Shown here piece after piece: positions 8,452-15,674 of a DNA stretch of 18,982 nucleotides. The notes under the pieces were generated by a model, which was given only the letters and a program-made list of their open reading frames with translations, was not told the origin of the DNA and did not search any database. A program made the translations under genes and the position numbers. This DNA is from an uncultured archaeon (GTDB taxonomy: Archaea > Asgardarchaeota > Lokiarchaeia > Sigyniarchaeales > SOKP01): positions 7,192 to 26,173 of the forward strand of contig CAYUTF010000026.1 of NCBI GenBank assembly GCA_964447495.1, given 5' to 3'. The first letter of the stretch is position 1; each line of letters opens with the position of its first letter.

Positions 8452-9088
8452 TCAAAATTGATTTTAATCTATCTTCAGACCCATCTCTTTTATTATCACC
8501 AATAACTGGAACAGGAATTGTACATTCCTTCAAAGCATGAATAGTAGATTTTTTCAATTCAAGTTCTTCTTGCCAACGTTGCGGAGAAATATTTGAAGTA
8601 ATAATAGTAACTCTTTTATTTGCATTTCTTGTTCTAATCAATTCATCAAATAAACTAGATCCAAATCCTTTGTTATCCATTATGCCTTTTCCAAAATCAT
8701 CAACAATCAATACATCTACATCTTTTGACCGTTCCCAATATGTTTCTTCATCATCAAAATATTCTTTACTAGCAACCAACCTTTTTAAATCAGCTGCTTC
8801 TATAAACAAAACAGTATTACCACGTCTTCTAAATTCCTTAGCTAATACAACAGAACCACACGATTTACCACAACCATTATCACCATATAAAATAAAACCA
8901 CCCCCTTCTTTTCGCATCTTTTCCATATTTAAAATATACTTTTCAACTATATTTTTAAGACTATCTTCACCTTCCAAACTAACATCAGTTAGTTTATAAA
9001 AACTTGATTTCCAATATCGTTTTGGTATACGCATGCGTTCCAAATCATTCGTATTTAAATCACGCCTAAAAGGAACATTCGCAAACAT
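8441..9088 (-). CDS. DnaC/IstB-like AAA+ helicase loader
   Basis: IPKRY N-terminal motif, Walker A GDNGCGKS, Walker B VLIVDDFG, TIITSN. Start placed at ATG 9088 just after the upstream stop; the ORF track extends to 9130. Confidence 0.88.
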   Translation of the reverse strand: MFANVPFRRDLNTNDLERMRIPKRYWKSSFYKLTDVSLEGEDSLKNIVEKYILNMEKMRKEGGGFILYGDNGCGKSCGSVVLAKEFRRRGNTVLFIEAADLKRLVASKEYFDDEETYWERSKDVDVLIVDDFGKGIMDNKGFGSSLFDELIRTRNANKRVTIITSNISPQRWQEELELKKSTIHALKECTIPVPVIGDNKRDGSEDRLKSILNGN

Positions 9089-9089
9089 T

Positions 9090-9695
9090 TTACCAACCAA
9101 CTTTTTTTGACCCATCAAGCTCTGGATCATATTCTCCTACCATATGCTTTTTTACTTTTTTTCTTTTCTTACCAGGAACATATCCAAGTTTAGCGTCAAC
9201 AAATATCCTATCTCTACTAGCCCACAACAATTTAACACTTGGTGCACCTGATAATCTTCCATCACTCTCATCAACCATGCCTTGCCAATTATTACAAAAC
9301 CATTCTACTGTCTTTTTTACTACATCTTCACCATAATGCTCTAATAATCTTTGAGCACAATTTTTTTCTGCCCATGTCCACCACGTTTGTTTTCTTTCTG
9401 TCCAATTTTCAGTTTTTTTATTATCTATAACAAGCCAATCTGGATTATTTTTTCGTATTCCATCTATAAACCATCGTTGTACACAAAACCAATTTACCCG
9501 TTTATTTTTAGTTCTAGAATATGTCTTTTCACAATTAAATTCTGGTGTTTCTGACAGATTAGATTCAAATTCTTGTTTTATACATCTATTTTTATTACGT
9601 TTTTCTACTACCTCAGATTCTTTATTATTCGTATTATCTTTTACAACTTCAACTTTTTCTAATACTTTTTTTCTCCAATTTTTAGACCGAATCAT
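9090..9695 (-). CDS. Putative replication initiator/replisome organiser
   Basis: Directly upstream of the loader-helicase pair; helical segment AQRLLEHYGEDVVKKTVEWF resembles phage initiator C-terminal domains. Function inferred mainly from position. Confidence 0.5.
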   Translation of the reverse strand: MIRSKNWRKKVLEKVEVVKDNTNNKESEVVEKRNKNRCIKQEFESNLSETPEFNCEKTYSRTKNKRVNWFCVQRWFIDGIRKNNPDWLVIDNKKTENWTERKQTWWTWAEKNCAQRLLEHYGEDVVKKTVEWFCNNWQGMVDESDGRLSGAPSVKLLWASRDRIFVDAKLGYVPGKKRKKVKKHMVGEYDPELDGSKKVGW

Positions 9696-9945
9696 ATTCC
9701 CTGCCTTCTAATAATTTTACAGTAGATGCCTGCAACTCCATTAAAATACCATTTATCTCAACTAATAATTCAATCCAATCATCTTGATAATTAATACCAT
9801 GCATGCGTTTACATTCATTTGAAAATTCAATAGCCTCATAATCATTCATATCAATAATACGTTGTCGCCATGTAGTTACTTTCCTCACCCACCCAATACC
9901 ATATTTTGTTTCAATTTTATCTCCAATGAAGTACCTGTTAACCAT
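9682..9945 (-). CDS. Hypothetical protein
   Basis: 87 aa ORF overlapping neighbours in operon; IGDKIETKYGIGWVRKV suggests a small beta-barrel start. Confidence 0.7.
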   Translation of the reverse strand: MVNRYFIGDKIETKYGIGWVRKVTTWRQRIIDMNDYEAIEFSNECKRMHGINYQDDWIELLVEINGILMELQASTVKLLEGREYDSV

Positions 9946-10340
9946 TCTAATCCTTTAATTTTTCTAGCCTCTTCTATAATAATCTCTCTATGATCAAACA
10001 TCCAAATTGGAGCACGAAAAATAATATCATTCCAAGACCAACCATCAAGAACTAACAACTCAGCAGCAATAACATTATATGATATGTTATTTTGTTCAGA
10101 TATTAATTTGGCACTATCTAATATTTTTATTAATCTATCATAAAATAAACATATCGGGTCTTCCAATGGTTTATCCAAAACCATCTTACTTCTATTAGGT
10201 AATTCTATTTCAATAGAACTAACACCGAATGTCTTTGAAGCAACAAAAACAACTTCACCAATATTACCCAAAATAAGATCATCAAAATCATCTATAACAT
10301 CTTCATAAACTAATAAATTGTCTTTTTTCATGATGCACAT
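9885..10340 (-). CDS. Hypothetical protein
   Basis: 151 aa ORF, first gene after the promoter at 10374-10402; exact start uncertain. Confidence 0.65.
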   Translation of the reverse strand: MCIMKKDNLLVYEDVIDDFDDLILGNIGEVVFVASKTFGVSSIEIELPNRSKMVLDKPLEDPICLFYDRLIKILDSAKLISEQNNISYNVIAAELLVLDGWSWNDIIFRAPIWMFDHREIIIEEARKIKGLEWLTGTSLEIKLKQNMVLGG

Positions 10341-10346
10341 TTACAT

Positions 10347-10363
10347 TTCCGTATCCCACGGAA
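10347..10363 (-). promoter_or_regulatory. 5'-leader hairpin TTCCGT-GGGAT-ACGGAA
   Basis: 6-bp stem with a 5-nt loop between the predicted promoter and the next start codon. Confidence 0.5.
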
Positions 10364-10373
10364 CTTCTACATC

Positions 10374-10402
10374 AATATATATATATAAATATAATTTGTC
10401 AA
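10374..10402 (-). promoter_or_regulatory. Sigma70-type promoter for the replication operon
   Basis: TTGACA (10397-10402), 17-bp spacer, TATATT (10374-10379). Confidence 0.75.
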
Positions 10403-10410
10403 CTAATAAT

Positions 10411-10758
10411 TCATCTAAATCTTCCACCACCAATTGTTTTTCTGCTCCTATAATCAGACTGAGATTCTCTTCTTTTATCCTCATCAGTTACATAATCTAT
10501 AAGAATTTGTATTCTATTTTTGCCTTGAATAGCAGATAAAAATGAACGAATAGAATTCATCAAATGAGCATTCCTACCAATTACTTGTCCAACATCTCTA
10601 GGATTAGTCCTCAACGCTACAAGAGCACTATATCCATTACAATCTATGTCAACCTCTACATCTTCAGGATGATTTACGATATGTCTAACAATCATAACAA
10701 CTTCTCTAATAGCAGCTATTACTTTTGGGTCAATTTTGCCTGTATTACTATCAACCAT
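10411..10758 (-). CDS. khpA: KhpA/YlqC-like single KH-domain RNA-binding protein
   Basis: IVNHPEDVEV...LRTNPRDVGQVIGRNAHLMNSIRSFL aligns by eye with the KhpA pattern LVD.P..V.V...V...D.GKVIGK.GR...AIR. Confidence 0.85.
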   Translation of the reverse strand: MVDSNTGKIDPKVIAAIREVVMIVRHIVNHPEDVEVDIDCNGYSALVALRTNPRDVGQVIGRNAHLMNSIRSFLSAIQGKNRIQILIDYVTDEDKRRESQSDYRSRKTIGGGRFR

Positions 10759-10759
10759 T

Positions 10760-11074
10760 TCAAATCCCTAAATCGGCCTTTCTAGCCGCAATTTCCTTAT
10801 TGCGACATTCAACCAATAACCTAGCCCCTTGCTCACTTATCCCCTCACGTCTTTTCCAATTTGTTCTTCTTGCCCGTTCTCTTGATGCATGTAATTCTTT
10901 AAATTGACGATTATATTTCCTAACCATATTTCTAAGGTCATCTTGTATATTAACAGGCAAATATCCATTTTTATGCAAAAAGCATCTAGCATTATTTATG
11001 AATTCACGTTTATTTTTTGGTAATTTAATACTTTTAAAATCATTCAAAATTTCACAAATACTCATCTGTTCCAT
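10760..11074 (-). CDS. Hypothetical basic protein
   Basis: 104 aa ORF with AGGTG RBS-like sequence upstream; ends 1 bp before the KH gene start. Confidence 0.75.
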   Translation of the reverse strand: MEQMSICEILNDFKSIKLPKNKREFINNARCFLHKNGYLPVNIQDDLRNMVRKYNRQFKELHASRERARRTNWKRREGISEQGARLLVECRNKEIAARKADLGI

Positions 11075-11094
11075 TTATACAGCACCTATAATAT

Positions 11095-11124
11095 TTTATA
11101 ATAGACATCATAAACATATGTCAA
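11095..11124 (-). promoter_or_regulatory. Probable sigma70-type promoter
   Basis: TTGACA (11119-11124), 18-bp spacer to TATAAA, with an AT-rich upstream tract in a 120-bp intergenic gap. Confidence 0.5.
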
Positions 11125-11194
11125 AGAAAATTTTATACAATCAATAAATAATTAAACAAAACAAAATTTACTTAATCAATTTTAAATCAAAATA

Positions 11195-11782
11195 TCAAAC
11201 TGGAGTTGTAGAAATAATAAAAGAAACCAATACTTTATAAGAATCAAGTGGAATCCTAAATTTATTATTTCTTACATTTACATCAACAATATAACTACCA
11301 TTTTCATCATTATCAACAAATCCAATCAATCCAACCATATCAATAAATGGTTCACATTCACTATCAAATCTAAATCTTGTACCAGATAAAAATTTAAGTT
11401 CTGAAATATTTGAATACCATTCAACTATATCTTCTGGTTTATCACCATATCCAGATGTAACCATATTAACCATATGACGCATAATAGAAATCACCATATC
11501 AGTAAAACGTTCAACACCACAAAATTCAACAAAATCATCATCTATATTAACAATACCTGCACTTCTCATTGAATCAAAATAACGAGCAATCCCAATAGGA
11601 CTTGATGTTTCTATCGACCCATTCGCATCATATGAAATAAGATTTCCATTTATAATGGATGTTTTAACCTGCCAAAATAATTCTATTCCATTTTCAAGAA
11701 GAATTGCTTTTACCCACATTCCTTTTTGACTTTTTGAATAACATTCTGAGATTAGTCTGTTGTCTTTCTTTAACTTCATCAT
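11195..11782 (-). CDS. Hypothetical protein
   Basis: 195 aa ORF; the true start may be ATG 11719 (MWVKAIL), which reduces the overlap with the upstream gene. Confidence 0.7.
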   Translation of the reverse strand: MMKLKKDNRLISECYSKSQKGMWVKAILLENGIELFWQVKTSIINGNLISYDANGSIETSSPIGIARYFDSMRSAGIVNIDDDFVEFCGVERFTDMVISIMRHMVNMVTSGYGDKPEDIVEWYSNISELKFLSGTRFRFDSECEPFIDMVGLIGFVDNDENGSYIVDVNVRNNKFRIPLDSYKVLVSFIISTTPV

Positions 11783-12062
11783 ATTCCTTTTTGCTCAAAA
11801 CATCCTCTCTCCAAACATATCTAATAATATTATCAAGTTTTATTGCAACAGATATTCTTTTTTCATGTTTATGCTTAAACCATTCATATTCCATTCTATC
11901 AAGATAAATTTGAATTTTATTTGTATACTTTACTTTTTCAGCCCTAGTGTACTGTGCATAAGCTTTAATATTATTACCAGGAGGATTATTAAAAATAATA
12001 CTTCTAGATAACCAAACATCAAAAACCGCTTTTACAATACGTGGGTCTCTTTTCCTTACCAT
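11694..12062 (-). CDS. Hypothetical basic protein
   Basis: 122 aa ORF starting 1 bp after the upstream stop. Confidence 0.7.
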   Translation of the reverse strand: MVRKRDPRIVKAVFDVWLSRSIIFNNPPGNNIKAYAQYTRAEKVKYTNKIQIYLDRMEYEWFKHKHEKRISVAIKLDNIIRYVWREDVLSKKEYDEVKERQQTNLRMLFKKSKRNVGKSNSS

Positions 12063-12063
12063 G

Positions 12064-13041
12064 TTATGGAATAATTATTTTAGATTTTTCGAAAGAATTT
12101 CTTATATCATCCAAACTTTTTTGAGTTTTACCAGTAATTTCTTCTGAAATCTCTCTTACCTGTTTGGCTCTCTCCTCAGCCTTATTCCCTAATGCTTCTT
12201 CCATAGCTCCAGCAATCGCAAGATCTTCTTCTAATCCAACAGGGTCACCATCATCCATATCCCTTGGTATTTCCTTATCAAAAATATCATCTTCAAGAGT
12301 ATCAACTTCACTAAAAAGTTCTGGTGCCTTTTCAATTAACCTTGTAGCTGCTTCACCTTTTGCCATAACATTAGTTAATTTTGCTTTAGCTCTATCAGTC
12401 CAAGCAACAGTTGGTGATTCAAGAGGTATATTACCAATTAATTCTATTCCACAAATTGATTTTTCAAGAACATTATTATCCCCATACATATTCTTACATT
12501 CCTCTTCTGACTCAAAAACTTCTATAATTTCTTTATCATTATGACGAACAACAAATAATTCTAAATCTTCTTTGGTAATTATATTTTCTCTGCCACCAGC
12601 CATATCAGCCATCGCTTTATCTAAATCAGCAGGAAGAATTCCTATTGGAAAAGTAGCACCTTGAAACATAGCCCATAAATGCGTTTGATTAAACTTTTGT
12701 TCTCTCCAATCAGCAGGAAATAACTCAACAGCTTCAGATTGCTCACCACATAATTCTCTTTTAACTTTCTGTTTTAACCTATAAAAATATTCATCAGACC
12801 CTTTTAATCCTGATACCCATTGAAGCATTAAATGAGCAATTTTTTGAGGATGTCCGTCTGGTGTAGTAAAAAGAGGTGATTCAGTTTCTTTTATAAAAAT
12901 CGTTACATAATTATTTTGAAAAGCAGCAACAACTCCATTCTTTTTTGCCTCTTCAGGAACCTGAAAAGGTATCAATGTTTTCCACGGTTTAAATTTCAAA
13001 TTTCTATCAACACTTTTCTTCTTCATATATTCCTCTATCAT
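12064..13041 (-). CDS. Hypothetical protein with an N-terminal DUF7694-like domain and an acidic C-terminal region
   Basis: HLMLQ...LKQKVKRELCGEQSEAVELFPA...NQTHLW resembles the conserved phage motif Q.IK.E..G.E..AVE.YP...N..HLW; family name recalled, not verified. Confidence 0.65.
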   Translation of the reverse strand: MIEEYMKKKSVDRNLKFKPWKTLIPFQVPEEAKKNGVVAAFQNNYVTIFIKETESPLFTTPDGHPQKIAHLMLQWVSGLKGSDEYFYRLKQKVKRELCGEQSEAVELFPADWREQKFNQTHLWAMFQGATFPIGILPADLDKAMADMAGGRENIITKEDLELFVVRHNDKEIIEVFESEEECKNMYGDNNVLEKSICGIELIGNIPLESPTVAWTDRAKAKLTNVMAKGEAATRLIEKAPELFSEVDTLEDDIFDKEIPRDMDDGDPVGLEEDLAIAGAMEEALGNKAEERAKQVREISEEITGKTQKSLDDIRNSFEKSKIIIP

Positions 13042-13249
13042 CTTGAAATATTTCTTCTAACTCAACTAACCTGTCAATTATTTCTTGATTTTCTTTTTTA
13101 TATCCAATAACACATTTCAACCCAAAATCTAACATTTTAGACTTGTCAGCTAACTTCCTTTTTGTATACCAACAACCAATCAAAAAACCGATAACCAACA
13201 ATAATATTGCAATAAAAAACAACAAAATATCCATATTCACAACTGTCAA
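13007..13249 (-). CDS. Small single-pass membrane protein
   Basis: Hydrophobic ILLFFIAILLLVIGFLIGCWY followed by a basic stretch; the start may be the downstream ATG (MDILL). Confidence 0.7.
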   Translation of the reverse strand: MTVVNMDILLFFIAILLLVIGFLIGCWYTKRKLADKSKMLDFGLKCVIGYKKENQEIIDRLVELEEIFQDDRGIYEEEKC

Positions 13250-13271
13250 TTAATACTTGACAATTCCTTTC

Positions 13272-13595
13272 TTAATCCTCATCAAATTCATTAGAAAATA
13301 TTTTTACTATAGAAGCCTGAGTATTAAGAACAAAACTCTCAACTGACATTGCCGTTTGATATGCAATCCCAATTAGGTCTTGAAACATTTTTGCAGATTG
13401 CATTCTAAGAATTACCTTCTCATATTCTGAATGCTCCCCATTATTTATATCAAAATCAATTTTCTTACGCTCCAGATATGCATTATGAGATAATTGTTCA
13501 AAAGAATTTAATGCAGCTCTAGACTTCCACACAATATTACATCCAGTTATTCTACCTTCATCCATTTTAATATCCAAACGAACTCGAGTTCGCAA
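13272..13595 (-). CDS. Hypothetical protein
   Basis: 107 aa from a TTG lying inside the palindrome; a more likely start is the ATG at 13565 (MDEGR). Confidence 0.65.
   Translation of the reverse strand: MRTRVRLDIKMDEGRITGCNIVWKSRAALNSFEQLSHNAYLERKKIDFDINNGEHSEYEKVILRMQSAKMFQDLIGIAYQTAMSVESFVLNTQASIVKIFSNEFDED
13579..13595. promoter_or_regulatory. Palindrome CGAACTCGAGTTCG(CAA), putative operator (copy 2)
   Basis: 17 bp identical to 6966-6982; 14-bp perfect palindromic core. Confidence 0.65.
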
Positions 13596-13604
13596 TTCAA
13601 TCTA

Positions 13605-14222
13605 TCAATCTATAAATACAGGTGCAGCATATGGAGACCGATAGAATCTATTTCTAAATTTCATTCCATTTGAAGGTAAAATTCTTACCCAATATTTACC
13701 TGGCTTATCCATACTACCACCAAAATGATCGGCACCTAATACAGGATTTGGCCTTTTACCATCAACCCATTCATCCAATGCAAATAATATTTCATTCCAC
13801 ATATCCTTGTGATTTTCCCATCTCAATCTATTTGGCCACCCAACAGGCTTCTTCCCACCCAAATTCAAATTCAAAATCCATCGCCTTGTGTGTGTACTCT
13901 TATGTTTGATAGCAGCCGAATACTTCCTAACAACATCAACAAATTTTATATTTGATTTTTTTAAACCATTCCATCTCGTTGCATATACCCATGCAATTCC
14001 TATGCATTCGTCAACAGCATCAAATCCTGCTTCTCCAGCACAACTTCTAGCAACCCACAATTTTACACTTTCATCCCATTCTTCTTCAGGAATAGGTCTA
14101 TCAAATTTACTTTTAATAACAGAAATACTAACTATTCCATCTATATCATCATTGGCACTAACATAAAAATCACTCAATGACACCAATAAAACAAACAAAA
14201 AAACTATAAATTTCAAAAACAT
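13605..14222 (-). CDS. Secreted SleB/Hydrolase_2-like cell wall hydrolase (lytic transglycosylase)
   Basis: N-terminal signal peptide; LWVARSCAGEAG...IGIAWVYATR resembles SleB LAR.I..EA.GE...AVA.VV.NR; NPVLGADHF...YW...FYR C-terminal motif; AGGAGG RBS. Confidence 0.7.
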   Translation of the reverse strand: MFLKFIVFLFVLLVSLSDFYVSANDDIDGIVSISVIKSKFDRPIPEEEWDESVKLWVARSCAGEAGFDAVDECIGIAWVYATRWNGLKKSNIKFVDVVRKYSAAIKHKSTHTRRWILNLNLGGKKPVGWPNRLRWENHKDMWNEILFALDEWVDGKRPNPVLGADHFGGSMDKPGKYWVRILPSNGMKFRNRFYRSPYAAPVFID

Positions 14223-14251
14223 ACTTATCCTCCTATAAAAACAACAACTTA

Positions 14252-14280
14252 ATTATAATTCATATCAATTCTATCGTCAA
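14252..14280 (-). promoter_or_regulatory. Sigma70-type promoter
   Basis: TTGACG (14275-14280), 17-bp spacer, perfect TATAAT (14252-14257), then AGGAGG RBS and ATG 14222. Confidence 0.8.
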
Positions 14281-14292
14281 AAAATATCTATT

Positions 14293-14619
14293 CTATTTTG
14301 TAGCTTCAAACACTGCATTCTGATCTTGGTCATCAAAATCTATATCATCACACATGCTTGCTAATCGTTCATCTATCATTATTTCACAAGCGCGCTTGAG
14401 CTTAATGCCTTTCCACTCAATAGATTTCCAAAGTCTAAATTGTTTTTTGTGACAACTTGGACACAATCTTATTCTGATTTTATCTTCTTTTTCATCAATT
14501 CCTTCACCATATACAACAAAATTAGTTGAAATCATGTCATCCCTTGGAACATATTTCCTACAAACACGACAAAAACCATATACTTTATTATAATCTTTTT
14601 TTACCATATTAACACCCAC
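14293..14619 (-). CDS. Putative zinc-ribbon protein
   Basis: CRVC...CPSC pair; acidic C-terminus; start may be MVKKD. Confidence 0.7.
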   Translation of the reverse strand: MGVNMVKKDYNKVYGFCRVCRKYVPRDDMISTNFVVYGEGIDEKEDKIRIRLCPSCHKKQFRLWKSIEWKGIKLKRACEIMIDERLASMCDDIDFDDQDQNAVFEATK

Positions 14620-14746
14620 TTATTAACCAAACTATAATGGCTAAAAAAACAAAAAAACCTACAACGTTATACTGAAAAGATACATTTTTACCATTGGGAA
14701 CCAATATTTTACCATCAAAACCTCTTATCCAATTATCATTCAACAT
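14609..14746 (-). CDS. Small membrane protein
   Basis: AGGAGG RBS at 14756-14761 supports ATG 14746 (MLNDNW...) rather than TTG 14797; C-terminal hydrophobic helix VVGFFVFLAIIVWLI. Confidence 0.55.
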   Translation of the reverse strand: MLNDNWIRGFDGKILVPNGKNVSFQYNVVGFFVFLAIIVWLISGC

Positions 14747-14762
14747 TACAACATACCTCCTT

Positions 14763-14798
14763 GCATCTTGCAAAGCATCTTGCAAAGCATCTTGCAAA
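14763..14798. repeat. Three perfect tandem copies of 12-bp GCATCTTGCAAA
   Basis: Copies at 14763-14774, 14775-14786 and 14787-14798. Confidence 0.95.
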
Positions 14799-14826
14799 AA
14801 ATAACCTAATATTACAAATTTGTCAA
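14798..14826 (-). promoter_or_regulatory. Sigma70-type promoter overlapping the groES stop codon
   Basis: TTGACA (14821-14826), 17-bp spacer, TATTTT (14798-14803). Confidence 0.6.
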
Positions 14827-15197
14827 TCGTTTTTATCTTCTAATTCTGATTCACAATCACTATCATCTTCATTAATAAAATTAATATTTTCAACAACTTC
14901 ATCTTCATCTTCAATAATACCCAAAATATCACCCCATGGTATCACCAAACGTTTCTCACAACCCACAGTTACTTCTGTTCCAGAAAATCTACTTACAAAA
15001 ACCCTATCTCCAACATTTACTTCAGGTATAACCTTTGAACCATCAGAAAGAATTCTACCAGGACCAATAGCCAAAACAATTGCCGTATCAGGAGGATTTT
15101 CAACATTCTTAGGAAGAACAATTCCGGCTGGCGATTTCTTCTCTTCAGGTTCATCTCTTTCAACAAAAACATTATCATGAAACGGTCTTATCTTCAT
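14823..15197 (-). CDS. groES: Co-chaperonin GroES (Cpn10) with an acidic C-terminal extension
   Basis: MKIRPFHDNVFVER, mobile loop SPAGIVLP, VLAIGPG, VNVGDRV, FSGTEV, DILGII. Confidence 0.93.
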   Translation of the reverse strand: MKIRPFHDNVFVERDEPEEKKSPAGIVLPKNVENPPDTAIVLAIGPGRILSDGSKVIPEVNVGDRVFVSRFSGTEVTVGCEKRLVIPWGDILGIIEDEDEVVENINFINEDDSDCESELEDKND

Positions 15198-15409
15198 CTC
15201 TCATCCTTCCATTTCTTTATTATACGTCCCAACTCCATTACACGCTGATTATCTTCAGCCGTCAATCTAGATGCTATAGAACGACATCCTTTTTTCTTTT
15301 TAGCTTCAACTGAAAACATAATATCTTCTATCGTAATTATTCCATCACGAACAACTTCACTACCAAAACGTTCTATTAATTCAAATGACTCAAGTAATCC
15401 AACAGCCAT
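15194..15409 (-). CDS. Hypothetical protein
   Basis: 71 aa ORF, GGTGA RBS, ATGA overlap with groES. Confidence 0.7.
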   Translation of the reverse strand: MAVGLLESFELIERFGSEVVRDGIITIEDIMFSVEAKKKKGCRSIASRLTAEDNQRVMELGRIIKKWKDER

Positions 15410-15422
15410 ATTTCACCAATAT

Positions 15423-15650
15423 TCAATTATCAACATAACCAGGATTTAACCATTCTTGAAGAACAACTTTATCCTGTGGAACATATTCTTTATCCAAAAT
15501 AAGTTCTTTAACAATTGCATCATGTTTTGATGCAATTCCATCTGCAAAAGAACTACTTGTAAAACATCCAAAACATCTAACACGTGCCTTCAACAAAACA
15601 CCATCTGTACTTTTTTCATTAGCTTGAGATGTAACCAAATAAAGTTTCAT
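15423..15650 (-). CDS. Hypothetical protein
   Basis: 75 aa ORF in operon; MKLYLVT...GCFTSSSFA resembles a common small phage protein pattern. Confidence 0.7.
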   Translation of the reverse strand: MKLYLVTSQANEKSTDGVLLKARVRCFGCFTSSSFADGIASKHDAIVKELILDKEYVPQDKVVLQEWLNPGYVDN

Positions 15651-15674
15651 GTATCAATATTACCTTTATAAAAC

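Noticed and set aside
11075-11194. Replication origin in the AT-rich intergenic gap
   Set aside because: No iterons or DnaA boxes seen; a promoter with an AT-rich upstream element explains it adequately.
7096-14295. Stop-codon reassignment (TAG or TGA), as seen in some large phages
   Set aside because: Conserved genes are full length in the standard code, and TAG (7096, 8441, 14293) and TGA end genes at sensible positions.
14747-14797. N-terminal MQDALQDALQDARRY extension of the small membrane ORF
   Set aside because: The TTG start abuts the predicted -10 box, so it would lie upstream of the transcription start, whereas ATG 14746 has a well-spaced AGGAGG.
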